From UHGV virus genome UHGV-2053148: a stretch of DNA of 35,104 bases, one strand, 5' to 3'. Under the pieces are notes generated by a model. That model was not told the origin of the DNA. It did no database searches and saw only the letters and a program-made list of their open reading frames with translations. The position numbers and the translations under genes are program-made. Of the stretch, positions 24,007-33,174 are shown one piece after another. This DNA is from a virus. The number at the start of each line of letters is the position of its first letter. The stretch's first letter is position 1.

Positions 24007-24492
24007 TTATTCCAGCAAGTTGGGATTATTTTTGAGATACTCCCAGGCAACATCGGTGATGTTGACGTCAAAACCGGACACGATACTTCCGTACCAGGAA
24101 AGACGAATAAGAATGCCGGCTGCTATCAGACCATTTACGACGCCATCCCTGTCATCAAATTTCTGTGTTCGGGTATTGAAAAAGATATATCTAGCCAGAA
24201 CATTTTTCTCTTCTGGAGTGAGAGCATGGAGACGCTTGATCACCTTTTTACGGGATTCTGCCTTGGAGCGAGAGGTTTTGATAGTGTTCCAAACCTTTTC
24301 CAGCAGGGCGCATCCGGAAATAAGGAACACGAATCCCGCAATATCGCGGTAATCATGGGAAGAATAGCTGATATGCAGGGCCTCAAGAAGGCTTTGAGGA
24401 GCGAAAAGATAAATTGCCGCTGCGGAAAAGATTATGCCTGCATAATTGCAAGCGAATTTAAGCAGTTCTGCCAAGTATTGGAAAAAAACCAT
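24007..24492 (-). CDS. Membrane protein on the opposite strand (two TM helices plus a C-terminal domain), possible superinfection-exclusion (SieB-like) moron
   Basis: Chosen internal Met (MVFFQYLAELL...) to avoid overlap with the antirepressor. TM segments, low GC. Confidence 0.4.
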   Translation of the reverse strand: MVFFQYLAELLKFACNYAGIIFSAAAIYLFAPQSLLEALHISYSSHDYRDIAGFVFLISGCALLEKVWNTIKTSRSKAESRKKVIKRLHALTPEEKNVLARYIFFNTRTQKFDDRDGVVNGLIAAGILIRLSWYGSIVSGFDVNITDVAWEYLKNNPNLLE

Positions 24493-24540
24493 AAACCCAG
24501 AGGATAGTCTTAAACGGATGTATAGGCAATAGCTTTTACA

Positions 24541-25353
24541 TTGAACCCAATAAGAAGAAACATGAACAACAACATAGTACCATTCAACAATGCCGCGCTT
24601 GGCTGTTCTGTCCGGACAGTCATCATCAACGAAGAACCGTGGTTCGTCGGTAAAGACGTGTGCTCCGCTCTTGGCTACGCCAATGAAACCGACGCAATGA
24701 ACCGCCATTGCAAGGGGGTCGTGAAACGCTACCCCCTTCAAACTTCCGGTGGAGTACAGGAGATTCGCGTTATCAGCGAACCGGACATGATGCGTTTAAT
24801 CTGCGGTTCCAAGCTGGAATCAGCAAAGCGATTCGAGGCATGGGTTTTTGAAGAAGTCCTCCCGACGATACGCAAGCACGGCATTTACGCCACAGGCGAG
24901 AAACTTCTTGAACTGATTTCCAAGCCGGAGAACGCCCTTAAAGTCTTTCAGGCTCTCAAAGATGAACAGGACAAGAGGAAGTCTCTTGAAGCGAAGATAG
25001 AAGAGGACGCGCCCTACACGGAATTCGGAAAGAGCGTGGAAGTTTCCGAAGGCTGCATGCTGATAGGAGAATTTGCCAAGGTCCTTGCGCAGAATGGAAG
25101 GGAAATCGGACAGAACCGTCTTTTTGAGCTGCTTCGCAATGAAGGCATTCTCGGGAAGGTTGGCAATCGCCGCAACGTCCCGTCACAGGAACATGTGGAA
25201 GCCGGTCGTTTCCGTGTCAGCTACCGGATTATCCAACACGCGAGCGGAAGAGCGGAAAGTAAAGCAACTCCGTATTTGACGCCCAAGGGTCAAGTTTGGC
25301 TGTTGAAGCGGATGACTGGGAAGAAAACCGAACAGAAGGAGGTGAAGAAGTGA
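24541..25353 (+). CDS. Antirepressor (Bro-N N-terminal domain plus KilA-C/ANT C-terminal domain)
   Basis: VRTVIINEEPWFVGKDVCSALGY (Bro-N). C-terminal KilAC-like region. Confidence 0.8.
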   Translation: MNPIRRNMNNNIVPFNNAALGCSVRTVIINEEPWFVGKDVCSALGYANETDAMNRHCKGVVKRYPLQTSGGVQEIRVISEPDMMRLICGSKLESAKRFEAWVFEEVLPTIRKHGIYATGEKLLELISKPENALKVFQALKDEQDKRKSLEAKIEEDAPYTEFGKSVEVSEGCMLIGEFAKVLAQNGREIGQNRLFELLRNEGILGKVGNRRNVPSQEHVEAGRFRVSYRIIQHASGRAESKATPYLTPKGQVWLLKRMTGKKTEQKEVKK

Positions 25354-25633
25354 AAGATTTGCTAACTATTATTTTAAGCACCATTTCCATCACTCTTTGC
25401 ATATTTGTTTTACTTACAACGAAAAATCATGACTAAAGAACAAACAATAGTAAGCCTACTCGTTGAGCTGGACAAAATGCTCAAAATCGAAACTCACTAG
25501 GACGAAGGTTAGAAATAATAACGAGTTATGAATGATGGCGTGTTTCTAATTCTTCTGGGCGGCATTATCGTTTTTTTGATGCTTATCATATCAAATTTAG
25601 ATGGACGTTAAACAATAAACCAATATAAAGAAA

Positions 25634-25972
25634 ATGGATTTACCTCACGAATTAAAAGAAATTCCTTATAGGAATCGGCATCATTTTGCGTTGGTTAACA
25701 ATGTTGACGGGATATTTCCAGGCCAAATTGTCAGACACAAAAGAACTAAAAAACTATTAGGATCGGTCGGAAAAATAAAAGGGGATCAGATATCGATAGG
25801 TCATGTTTGTCCTGATTGGCATAACGCTTGGTACAGTACAGATGATCTTGAACCAGCTTTTCCGGGAGAATGCTGCGGTCTGTGGACATGGCATCAAGAC
25901 GAACCTAAGTTAAACAAAGGAGATATTTCTTTCCATAGCTGGATGGTAAATCAAATTGTAGGGGAAAACTAA
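25634..25972 (+). CDS. Hypothetical protein (112 aa), low-GC moron
   Basis: ORF with plausible composition in the rightward operon. Confidence 0.35.
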   Translation: MDLPHELKEIPYRNRHHFALVNNVDGIFPGQIVRHKRTKKLLGSVGKIKGDQISIGHVCPDWHNAWYSTDDLEPAFPGECCGLWTWHQDEPKLNKGDISFHSWMVNQIVGEN

Positions 25973-25974
25973 TT

Positions 25975-26331
25975 ATGAATAAGAAATACCCGGAAGTAAT
26001 AATTAAAAACGGTTTATTGGATCTCGCAGAAAAACAATCAACAGAAATTGAACTAATCATGGAAAAGGGTAAAAGCATCGTCGATCTGCTCATTGAGCTG
26101 GATAAAATTCTTAAAGTCGAAACTCACGAGGACACCTCTCCTTATTACATCTCTGGCGACTCCGAAGATAAAATTCTCCGAGCGAAATACGCAGGGCATA
26201 TTTACATAGCCCGGCGTCTGTTAGGGTTGAGCCTTGAATGTAAACCCGGCGCATTATTGCCCTGCGAGCCAGTAGACGAGTTTTCCGACTTGGTGAATAA
26301 ATCTCAACCCTCCGAAAACAATGATTATTGA
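25975..26331 (+). CDS. Hypothetical protein (118 aa). Shares a 17-aa motif with an upstream 23-codon mini-ORF.
   Basis: IVDLLIELDKILKVETH here versus IVSLLVELDKMLKIETH encoded at 25429-25500. Confidence 0.35.
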   Translation: MNKKYPEVIIKNGLLDLAEKQSTEIELIMEKGKSIVDLLIELDKILKVETHEDTSPYYISGDSEDKILRAKYAGHIYIARRLLGLSLECKPGALLPCEPVDEFSDLVNKSQPSENNDY

Positions 26332-26488
26332 ATACGACGAAGAAGACCGGTGCATCCGGGTGGACGGAGAACCTATTTCCTACGGTGTCGCGGTTGGACT
26401 CCTGGAGCAGATAGAGCAGGCAATCGACGAGTGGGATTTTGACCACGCTCCCCAATGCTACAACCCGGACGGACACTATGACGACTAA
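26321..26488 (+). CDS. Hypothetical small acidic protein (55 aa)
   Basis: ATG 26321 overlaps the previous gene's end. MIIEYDEEDRCIRVDGEPISYGVAVGLLEQIEQAIDEWDFDHAPQCYNPDGHYDD. Confidence 0.25.
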   Translation: MIIEYDEEDRCIRVDGEPISYGVAVGLLEQIEQAIDEWDFDHAPQCYNPDGHYDD

Positions 26489-26619
26489 CTGACTTTTAAC
26501 CAATCGCCCGGCCCAGGTGGGGCCTAAAACCAAAACCAAAACATCAATAGGTATATAGAGTAATACGGTCTGGCAGGCGCGGGGAAACCCGTCCGGGCGG
26601 CCAATTCAGAAGAACGAAC

Positions 26620-26931
26620 ATGAGCGAAAACGACACAACCATGACCACCCTTGCGACCGCGCTGGAAACGCTGGCCGGAGTATTGCGGGAGCTGGCAACC
26701 ACGCCTGTTCCTTCTACGCCTGAATCGTCTTCCGTTTCCATTTTCGGAGCAATCGAAAAGAAATACGCTAAAAGCTCCACCTTAGCCACTTATTATGACA
26801 TTTCATCCCGGCAGATGGACAACATTCTGGCACGGGCGGGGAAGAATGTAAGAAGGCTGGAAGGAGTCGGAAAAGGAACCCTTTATAACATGGAAGACGT
26901 GGAAAAATACTTAACTAACAAAAGAAAATGA
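26620..26931 (+). CDS. Excisionase-family / MerR-like HTH DNA-binding protein (candidate Xis or regulator)
   Basis: C-terminal half STLATYYDISSRQMDNILARAGKNVRRLEGVGKGTLYNMEDVEKYL resembles excisionase-type winged HTH. Confidence 0.4.
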   Translation: MSENDTTMTTLATALETLAGVLRELATTPVPSTPESSSVSIFGAIEKKYAKSSTLATYYDISSRQMDNILARAGKNVRRLEGVGKGTLYNMEDVEKYLTNKRK

Positions 26932-27308
26932 CCACACATCAACACATCATTGACCGGGGCCCCTTCAAGGGGATGGTGGAAACGCTCACCAACAACCCGC
27001 ACCCCGCCAAGACGGCGCGCTGCTACATGTGCGCAGCACCGCTGAAAGCCTCGACATCATGGATGTCCCTGGTAGGAGACCATCAGGACGGCGTCTTCAC
27101 CGCGCGCTTTCTGTGCCAGTTATGCGCCAGGGAACGCCTCAACGGCATCCCTGACGAAGCGGAACGTTGCTGGAACTATACCCAAGCCGCCCAATCAGGG
27201 CCCCGGATTACCAAAATCCTCGCTTACCTGATTTTCTGGTGTGGACTGGTTACTGCCGGAGGAACAATCCTCTTCTTAATTTTCCTCCTGCTCAAAAACA
27301 TTTTTTAA
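26928..27308 (+). CDS. Tail-anchored membrane protein with a Cys4 zinc ribbon (CYMC...CQLC)
   Basis: Two CxxC pairs and a C-terminal TM helix. Confidence 0.4.
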   Translation: MTTHQHIIDRGPFKGMVETLTNNPHPAKTARCYMCAAPLKASTSWMSLVGDHQDGVFTARFLCQLCARERLNGIPDEAERCWNYTQAAQSGPRITKILAYLIFWCGLVTAGGTILFLIFLLLKNIF

Positions 27309-27329
27309 CTGATTAACTAAATAAATAAA

Positions 27330-27932
27330 ATGAAATTTAAAGATTGCACTGTTGGAACTAAAGTACACCTCGGGGGAGAAATCGTTGATATATCAAACGA
27401 TAAAAAAGCCGTATTGATTAAGTTGGAAAACGGGAAGGAATTCTACATCGGCATTGACTTACTTGAACGAGATTTTAATCAATACGACCCGAAGAGGAAA
27501 TTCCGAAAGGGCGATATCGTCAAGCCTGATTACAAGGGGAGGAAATGGGAAGGCATGCTTCCCGAAGAAATAGAATATGAAGTTCTGGAAGATGAAGATG
27601 ACGAGGGACTGGTACTCATTAAAATAGACAAAAGTATTGACCCGACCGGAGAAGGGCTTGTGTCTTTCTCAAGATTGGTCTTGATTAAACCAGTAGAAGA
27701 AATTGAGAAGAATAATCTCTATTATATTGAAGAAACAGAAATTAGTTTTAATGTCATCCGTAAAGGTATTGAAAGAGATTTATTAGTCTATTCCATTTCT
27801 TTAAGAAACGGCAACGGAGTAAGCAGAGACGAAGCTAAAAAGAAAGCTGAAGAGCTTTGCGACGAAAAGAATCGCATCTATCAGGAAGTACTAAAACAAA
27901 TCAGAAAAAATAGCCGGGTCAGCGGCAACTGA
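27330..27932 (+). CDS. Hypothetical protein (200 aa). Very low-GC moron just upstream of recT.
   Basis: About 36% GC. Lys/Glu-rich. Confidence 0.4.
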   Translation: MKFKDCTVGTKVHLGGEIVDISNDKKAVLIKLENGKEFYIGIDLLERDFNQYDPKRKFRKGDIVKPDYKGRKWEGMLPEEIEYEVLEDEDDEGLVLIKIDKSIDPTGEGLVSFSRLVLIKPVEEIEKNNLYYIEETEISFNVIRKGIERDLLVYSISLRNGNGVSRDEAKKKAEELCDEKNRIYQEVLKQIRKNSRVSGN

Positions 27933-27963
27933 ACCCGGCCTGTTAAACACAACATGAACGAAT

Positions 27964-28836
27964 ATGAATAACGAAAAACCTTATAAACCAAAATATGAAT
28001 ACAGGCAAGGACAACAGGCCCTTACCCTGTCAACCCCGAAAGAGCTTGCTGGCTTTTTAACCAGGTCAAAAACCTCCATTGCCGCCGCTCTGCCGGCCCA
28101 TCTCAACCCGGACCGTATGATTCGTCTCGCGGTAACTTGCTTTTCACAAAACCCAGCCTTGCAGCGGTGTTCCGCTGTAAGTATCTTTTCCAGCTTGCTC
28201 ATTGCCTCCCAGCTTGGGCTTGAGCCGGGAGTAGGCGGGCAGGGATATCTTATCCCCTACAAAGGTAAGTGCACCTTTGTTCCCGGCTGGCAGGGCCTTG
28301 TAGGACTGCTCAACAACACGGGCAGGGCTACCGCCTGGACGGGGGTAGTTTACGAGGGCGACCAGTTCCAATTTGAGCTTGGAGCCTATCCTATCCTCCG
28401 CCACATCCCCGGCATCAACTACGGGGATGAGGACAAAATGACATGGGCCTATGCCTGCGCCCGGGTTAACGGAGCGGAAACCCCTGTCATTGAGGCATGG
28501 CCCATGGAACGCATCTGGCGCCACAGAGACGCACACAACGAGGTCGGAGAAAAGCATTACTCCTACAAAAACCGAGAAATGTACGCCCGCAAGGTGGTTC
28601 TGCTGCAAGTTCTCAAATACATGCCGAAAAGTGTGGAAGTGGCAAATGCCATTGAAGTCTCCCATGCCGCGGAAACGGGGCGTGTCGTCAAAATCGACGA
28701 CGGCGTTGTCATTGACGGCGAAATTGTATCGGAAGATGACCCCGGCATAGATGACTATCCGCTCGACCGTCAAGACCTGAACCCGACGCCGAAACCGGCC
28801 CCAGCCTCCGACCCCTCCACTCCAAACCTCCTTTAA
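27964..28836 (+). CDS. recT: RecT-family single-strand annealing recombinase
   Basis: RecT motifs (PALQRCSAVSIFSSLLIASQLGLEPGVGGQGYLIPYKGKCTFVPGWQGLVGL). Confidence 0.85.
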   Translation: MNNEKPYKPKYEYRQGQQALTLSTPKELAGFLTRSKTSIAAALPAHLNPDRMIRLAVTCFSQNPALQRCSAVSIFSSLLIASQLGLEPGVGGQGYLIPYKGKCTFVPGWQGLVGLLNNTGRATAWTGVVYEGDQFQFELGAYPILRHIPGINYGDEDKMTWAYACARVNGAETPVIEAWPMERIWRHRDAHNEVGEKHYSYKNREMYARKVVLLQVLKYMPKSVEVANAIEVSHAAETGRVVKIDDGVVIDGEIVSEDDPGIDDYPLDRQDLNPTPKPAPASDPSTPNLL

Positions 28837-28840
28837 ACGC

Positions 28841-29827
28841 ATGAGCGAACAACTTCAAATCATCCCCCTGAATGTGAGCGCCAAAGGCGAAGTACTCTCT
28901 TCCAATCTTGACGAATTCCGCGCCTCGGTCAAAACCGTCCTGGACAGTATCAGTCTCACTCCTGAAACCGATGAAGAATTCGGATTGGCTGAACAAAACG
29001 TCAAAATGCTCAAGGGCGCGGAAGATACCGTTAAGGCTGCCAAGGAAAAAGCCTTGAAGGATGCCGAGAGCCTCCATGAATTCTTTGCCGCGCTGGACGA
29101 ATCCAGTGAAGAAATCCGGCAAGCCCGGCTCACCCTGGAAAAGAAGATCGCCGGGGAGAAAGAGAAAATCCGCAATAAGCTAATCGATGACGCCCTTGCC
29201 CGCCTGGAATGCGCTCCCCATTTGAGGAAGAAATTATTTGGCGGTACAATGGCGGAATCCATCAAGAACAAGCGCACCATTAAAAGCATTGAGGCCGCGC
29301 TTGATGCCGCCGTGGCAAAAGCAAACAAAGACATCACAACCAATCGTGAAATCATTTGTGAATTCATTGATTTGTACGGTGGCAACCTCGTGTTGGACGA
29401 AGACGAACTTGAAACGAAATCCACTATCTATGTTGAGGCTGAGCTGCGTCGCCGTCAGGATGTTGCCAAAGCCGCCGCAGAACGCGCCAGACTGGAGGAA
29501 GAGGCCCGAAAGGCACGGGAAGAAGCTCAACGGGCAAAAGCGGAATTGGAAGAACAGGGAAAACCTCCTGTCCCTCCGGCCCTCACATCCATCAACATGA
29601 CCGCGTTTGACCAGGAACCGGTACAGGCTCCTGAAACATTCCCGGCTCCAAAGAGCGAATCAGAAGAATGGAGGCAATTCCAGGAATCCGTTTTTGAAGC
29701 CTTTGCAAAACTTAAGGATGCCCGAGAGAAGCTTACTCACCCCGCCAACAAAAGCCGCGTTGCCTATTTTGCTCAAGCCGTCAACGAGGCCTGGAAAGCC
29801 TGCATAGCGGAAGGAGGTGAGAAATGA
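28841..29827 (+). CDS. Hypothetical coiled-coil protein between recT and the exonuclease (328 aa)
   Basis: Helical, acidic and basic heptads. Confidence 0.45.
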   Translation: MSEQLQIIPLNVSAKGEVLSSNLDEFRASVKTVLDSISLTPETDEEFGLAEQNVKMLKGAEDTVKAAKEKALKDAESLHEFFAALDESSEEIRQARLTLEKKIAGEKEKIRNKLIDDALARLECAPHLRKKLFGGTMAESIKNKRTIKSIEAALDAAVAKANKDITTNREIICEFIDLYGGNLVLDEDELETKSTIYVEAELRRRQDVAKAAAERARLEEEARKAREEAQRAKAELEEQGKPPVPPALTSINMTAFDQEPVQAPETFPAPKSESEEWRQFQESVFEAFAKLKDAREKLTHPANKSRVAYFAQAVNEAWKACIAEGGEK

Positions 29828-30468
29828 AAATCTGGCCCTCCTTGGAACAACGTTCGGAAGCTTGGTTCCGTGCCCGTGCCGGCCGTCTGACAGCCAGCAA
29901 TTTTCACCGGGTTTTAACTCCCTCGGGAAAAGACTCTTCCCAATGGCGAGAACTTGCCATTGAAATGTGTTGCAGCCGCATCCGTCCTGATGAAATACAG
30001 TGGGAAGGAAACCGCCACACGGACCGCGGGGAAGAACTGGAACCGGAAGCGCGGGAAGAATTCAGCCGAATCATGGGGCTGGAAGTGGAACAGGTGGGAT
30101 TTATCGTCCAAGACAATGAACTGGTGGGCTGCTCCCCTGACGGCATGATCAAGATCAATGGGCAGTACGCGACGGGTGTGGAGCTGAAATGCCCTCTTGC
30201 AAAAAATCACGCGGAATACCTGCTGGACGGCGTATTACCCGTCCAATACAAGGCGCAGGTACACGGTTCCATGATTGTGACTGGATTGCCCTACTGGTAC
30301 TTCATGAGCTACTGCCGGCGTCTCAAGCCCCTGATTTTACGGGTGGAGAGAGACAGCTATACCGACACGCTACAAGATGCCCTTGAACGGTTTATCATTT
30401 ATTACGCAGACGTTTATAAGCGCATCATGCCTCAAATCCGTCCGGTTGTAGAAGGGAGGGCTGCATAA
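29824..30468 (+). CDS. YqaJ-type (lambda Exo-like) 5'-3' exonuclease
   Basis: RSEAWFRARAGRLTASNFHRVL and ELKCP motifs. ATGA coupling. Strong SD AGGAGGTGA. Confidence 0.8.
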   Translation: MKIWPSLEQRSEAWFRARAGRLTASNFHRVLTPSGKDSSQWRELAIEMCCSRIRPDEIQWEGNRHTDRGEELEPEAREEFSRIMGLEVEQVGFIVQDNELVGCSPDGMIKINGQYATGVELKCPLAKNHAEYLLDGVLPVQYKAQVHGSMIVTGLPYWYFMSYCRRLKPLILRVERDSYTDTLQDALERFIIYYADVYKRIMPQIRPVVEGRAA

Positions 30469-30980
30469 TGAGCAAGCGCATCTTAGGCCTTGATCTGTCG
30501 CTCACCGCTACAGGCTGGGCGCTGGTGTGGGATGGTTCTCCTAAATGGGGCGTCATCAAATCCAGGAACAGGAGCGTTAAACGTCTCTCTGAAATCCGCA
30601 ATGCGGTGCTGGACATCATCAACCAAACACAGCCTTCCCTTGCTGTTATTGAGGGGTATTCCTATGGATCTTCCCATGGCATGGCCGGGCTGGCGGAATT
30701 GGGCGGCGTTATTCGCCTCCTGCTCCTGGACATGGGAATACCTTTCATCGTTGTTGCACCTGCCACCAATAAGAAATTTGCAACGGGGAAGGGCAATGCG
30801 GAAAAGGATTTGATGCTCAAACGCGTTTTTCAGCATTGGGCGGCGGATATGAGCAATAATAACGAGGCGGACGCTTTTGCCCTGGCCCAGTTTGGCCGCT
30901 GCTACCTCAACCAGGAGGGCTTTTGTGATTATCAAACAAAAACCGTTGAAACCTACAAAAGAAAGGAACTCGGAAAATGA
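30468..30980 (+). CDS. RuvC-like Holliday junction resolvase
   Basis: ILGLDLSLTATGWALV N-terminus, VIEGYSYGS, DEADAFALA. TAATG overlap with the exonuclease gene. Confidence 0.75.
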   Translation: MSKRILGLDLSLTATGWALVWDGSPKWGVIKSRNRSVKRLSEIRNAVLDIINQTQPSLAVIEGYSYGSSHGMAGLAELGGVIRLLLLDMGIPFIVVAPATNKKFATGKGNAEKDLMLKRVFQHWAADMSNNNEADAFALAQFGRCYLNQEGFCDYQTKTVETYKRKELGK

Positions 30981-31288
30981 GCCCGGAAGAAAGAGAGAAA
31001 AAACGGCTCTGGATGGTGGAGTACAACAAACGGAGAAAGTCCGCTTTGGTTGATGATTTAAACGCCAAGTACGGCACCCATTTCAGCCTGGGACAGTATA
31101 TCACCTACAAAGGGGGAAAATATATCATCAGTGGGACTCACGGTCATTTATTAATCATCAAAAATGATAGGCTGGAAACTTTAGCGCATCCTCTTGATGT
31201 CTACCCGGCTATCAAACTATCCGGCACCGTCACTTTTGACGGCTGGACCATGGGTCCGAACGGAAAACTTAAAATCAAGAAAGGATAA
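30977..31288 (+). CDS. Hypothetical protein (103 aa)
   Basis: ATGA-coupled ORF. Confidence 0.35.
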   Translation: MSPEEREKKRLWMVEYNKRRKSALVDDLNAKYGTHFSLGQYITYKGGKYIISGTHGHLLIIKNDRLETLAHPLDVYPAIKLSGTVTFDGWTMGPNGKLKIKKG

Positions 31289-31294
31289 ATTAAA

Positions 31295-31576
31295 ATGAAC
31301 AATGTCTATTGCGACAAACCCGGCCATGGCGCTTACCCGCTCCGGGCTTATGAAAAAGACGGGAAAATTTTTGTGGACATGGATTCTTGCACGGAATGCG
31401 GGCCGCAGAAAATGGAAGAAGAAGAGGTATATCAGTCCTTTTTGGATAGACTGCGTATCCTTTCCAATCAGCTGAACAGCCTGAAATGGGATCTGGACGG
31501 ATTAAAGGATGATAGCGAGTCATTAAAGGATGACGTGGATGAACTGATTAAAGACTATGAAAAAGAAAACGCCTAA
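31295..31576 (+). CDS. Hypothetical Zn-binding protein with acidic coiled-coil tail (93 aa)
   Basis: CDKPGH...CTEC. Confidence 0.35.
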   Translation: MNNVYCDKPGHGAYPLRAYEKDGKIFVDMDSCTECGPQKMEEEEVYQSFLDRLRILSNQLNSLKWDLDGLKDDSESLKDDVDELIKDYEKENA

Positions 31577-31598
31577 ATGACCTATTTGCGGCACACCT

Positions 31599-31937
31599 TT
31601 GAAAGCCATACGAGGATATGATGTCCAGGGGATAACAACCGATTGGGTTGCTGGTTGCTACAACTGCTTCTTCCAGAGTTCCCATTTTTGGAAAACCAAG
31701 AAGGCATGTATTGAAGATATGGATAGGCTTGTTTCTTTGTTTCCGCCCATCATGAGGTGTTGGCCGGGGGACAAGCTCGTATATAGTGGCAGTATTTATC
31801 CCGTTACGATTGTCTCTAAAGACCTTGATTTATGCAAAATAGCCGTTCGCGACTACGCAGGAGACTCTTTCATCATTTACTGTGATGAGGTGGATCAATG
31901 GCCCTGGGAGCTTGAGCAGAAAGGAGTCCAGCCATGA
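31599..31937 (+). CDS. Hypothetical protein (112 aa)
   Basis: ORF in the early operon. Confidence 0.35.
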   Translation: MKAIRGYDVQGITTDWVAGCYNCFFQSSHFWKTKKACIEDMDRLVSLFPPIMRCWPGDKLVYSGSIYPVTIVSKDLDLCKIAVRDYAGDSFIIYCDEVDQWPWELEQKGVQP

Positions 31938-32034
31938 TAATTATTGATTTATTCGATATTTTAACATTTTCAGTTTTAGTTATATTGTTAGTTATTCTTA
32001 CTATCCAATATATTATATTCAAAATAAAAGAAAA

Positions 32035-32364
32035 ATGAAACTGACACCTGAACAGAAAGCTTTTTTTGAGTACGGCGGAGCATGGGAACAGGTTGTTTTA
32101 ACTCACAAGGGTATCAGGTCGACCGTTAAAGCGTTGCCCGGGAAAACTCGCCAAAAACTTTTAAGGCAAGCCAGAAACGAGACTCATCAACATGAGCTTG
32201 TGCTTAACGCTTGGCAGAAACGAGCCGTATGCCGGGCGTGGGTGCATCCTATGCAAAGGAGATGCTCTAATTGTAAGTATGAAATGTCACAGTACAAATG
32301 GTGTACGGTGTGCGCCAATGAAGGATTGCCTATTTACTGGGAGCCGAGAAAGGAGGGAGAGTGA
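32035..32364 (+). CDS. Hypothetical protein with C-terminal Zn ribbon (109 aa)
   Basis: CSNCKYEMSQYKWCTVC. Preceded by a 97-bp AT-rich gap. Confidence 0.35.
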   Translation: MKLTPEQKAFFEYGGAWEQVVLTHKGIRSTVKALPGKTRQKLLRQARNETHQHELVLNAWQKRAVCRAWVHPMQRRCSNCKYEMSQYKWCTVCANEGLPIYWEPRKEGE

Positions 32365-33173
32365 ACACGAGCGCACTACGTAAACGGGCTCTGGTCCGAT
32401 ACCTCGGAGGAAAGAACAGAATCGCCCCCTGGATTATCAGCTTTTTCCCGCCTCACAAAATCTATGTTGAACCCTACGGCGGTTCCGGTGCGGTGCTGCT
32501 CAACAAGCAACCTGCATGGATGGAGGTCTACAACGATCTTTATGACCGGGTGGTGAACTTCTTTGAAGTTTTGAGGGATCCGGAAAAATCCGCACGGCTG
32601 GCCAGTCTATTGGAATTGACACCCTATGCCCAAGCGGCCTATGCCCGGTCTTTTGAAATCGCGGAAGATCCAGTCGAAGATGCTCTCCGCTTTGCCGTCA
32701 ACTCCATAATGTCCTACGGCGGAGGCATCCACAAGCCAGGGTTCAAGCGTAATGGACTCTTGCGGACAACTCCCTACCCGCAGACGTGGCGGGAATATCC
32801 CGAAGTTGTCCGAGAATGTGCGGCCGAACTGCGAAACCGGAATATCGAGATCAACAACATGGACGCTCTGCAGGTCATGGCTCGCTATGACTCACCGGAC
32901 ACGCTGCACTACGTGGACCCGCCTTATGTACAGTCCTCGCGTAGTAGCCGCATGAGGTACGCGCATGAGTACGACCAGCAAGACCATGAGCGGCTTCTTG
33001 TCTTTCTCAAGACGCTGAAAGGCAAGGTTATCTTGTCAGGTTATGATTCCGAGCTTTATGACCGGCATCTGGACGGCTGGCGGAAGGAGTGCAAAGTTGC
33101 TCACGACACGCAGGGCGGCAAGAAAATCGAATGCCTGTGGCTTAACTACAACCCCCAACTGACGCTTTTTTGA
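32361..33173 (+). CDS. Dam-family (D12 class) N6-adenine DNA methyltransferase
   Basis: YLGGKNRIAPWI, EPYGGSGAVLL, HYVDPPY (DPPY motif). SD AAAGGAGGGAGA. GTG start. Confidence 0.9.
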   Translation: MNTSALRKRALVRYLGGKNRIAPWIISFFPPHKIYVEPYGGSGAVLLNKQPAWMEVYNDLYDRVVNFFEVLRDPEKSARLASLLELTPYAQAAYARSFEIAEDPVEDALRFAVNSIMSYGGGIHKPGFKRNGLLRTTPYPQTWREYPEVVRECAAELRNRNIEINNMDALQVMARYDSPDTLHYVDPPYVQSSRSSRMRYAHEYDQQDHERLLVFLKTLKGKVILSGYDSELYDRHLDGWRKECKVAHDTQGGKKIECLWLNYNPQLTLF

Positions 33174-33174
33174 T

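Noticed and set aside
23998-24507. Plus-strand 169-aa ORF tightly coupled to the Cro-like stop
   Set aside because: The protein is Cys-rich and low-complexity-looking. The antisense ORF encodes a clean two-TM membrane protein. I kept the minus-strand gene, but strand-specific expression data could reverse this.
26498-26517. AACCAAT followed by CAGG at 26514-26517 as another AGG start
   Set aside because: The downstream frame hits a stop after 11 codons. It lies within a GC hairpin (GGCCC-AGGTG-GGGCC) in an intergenic gap, so it is coincidental.
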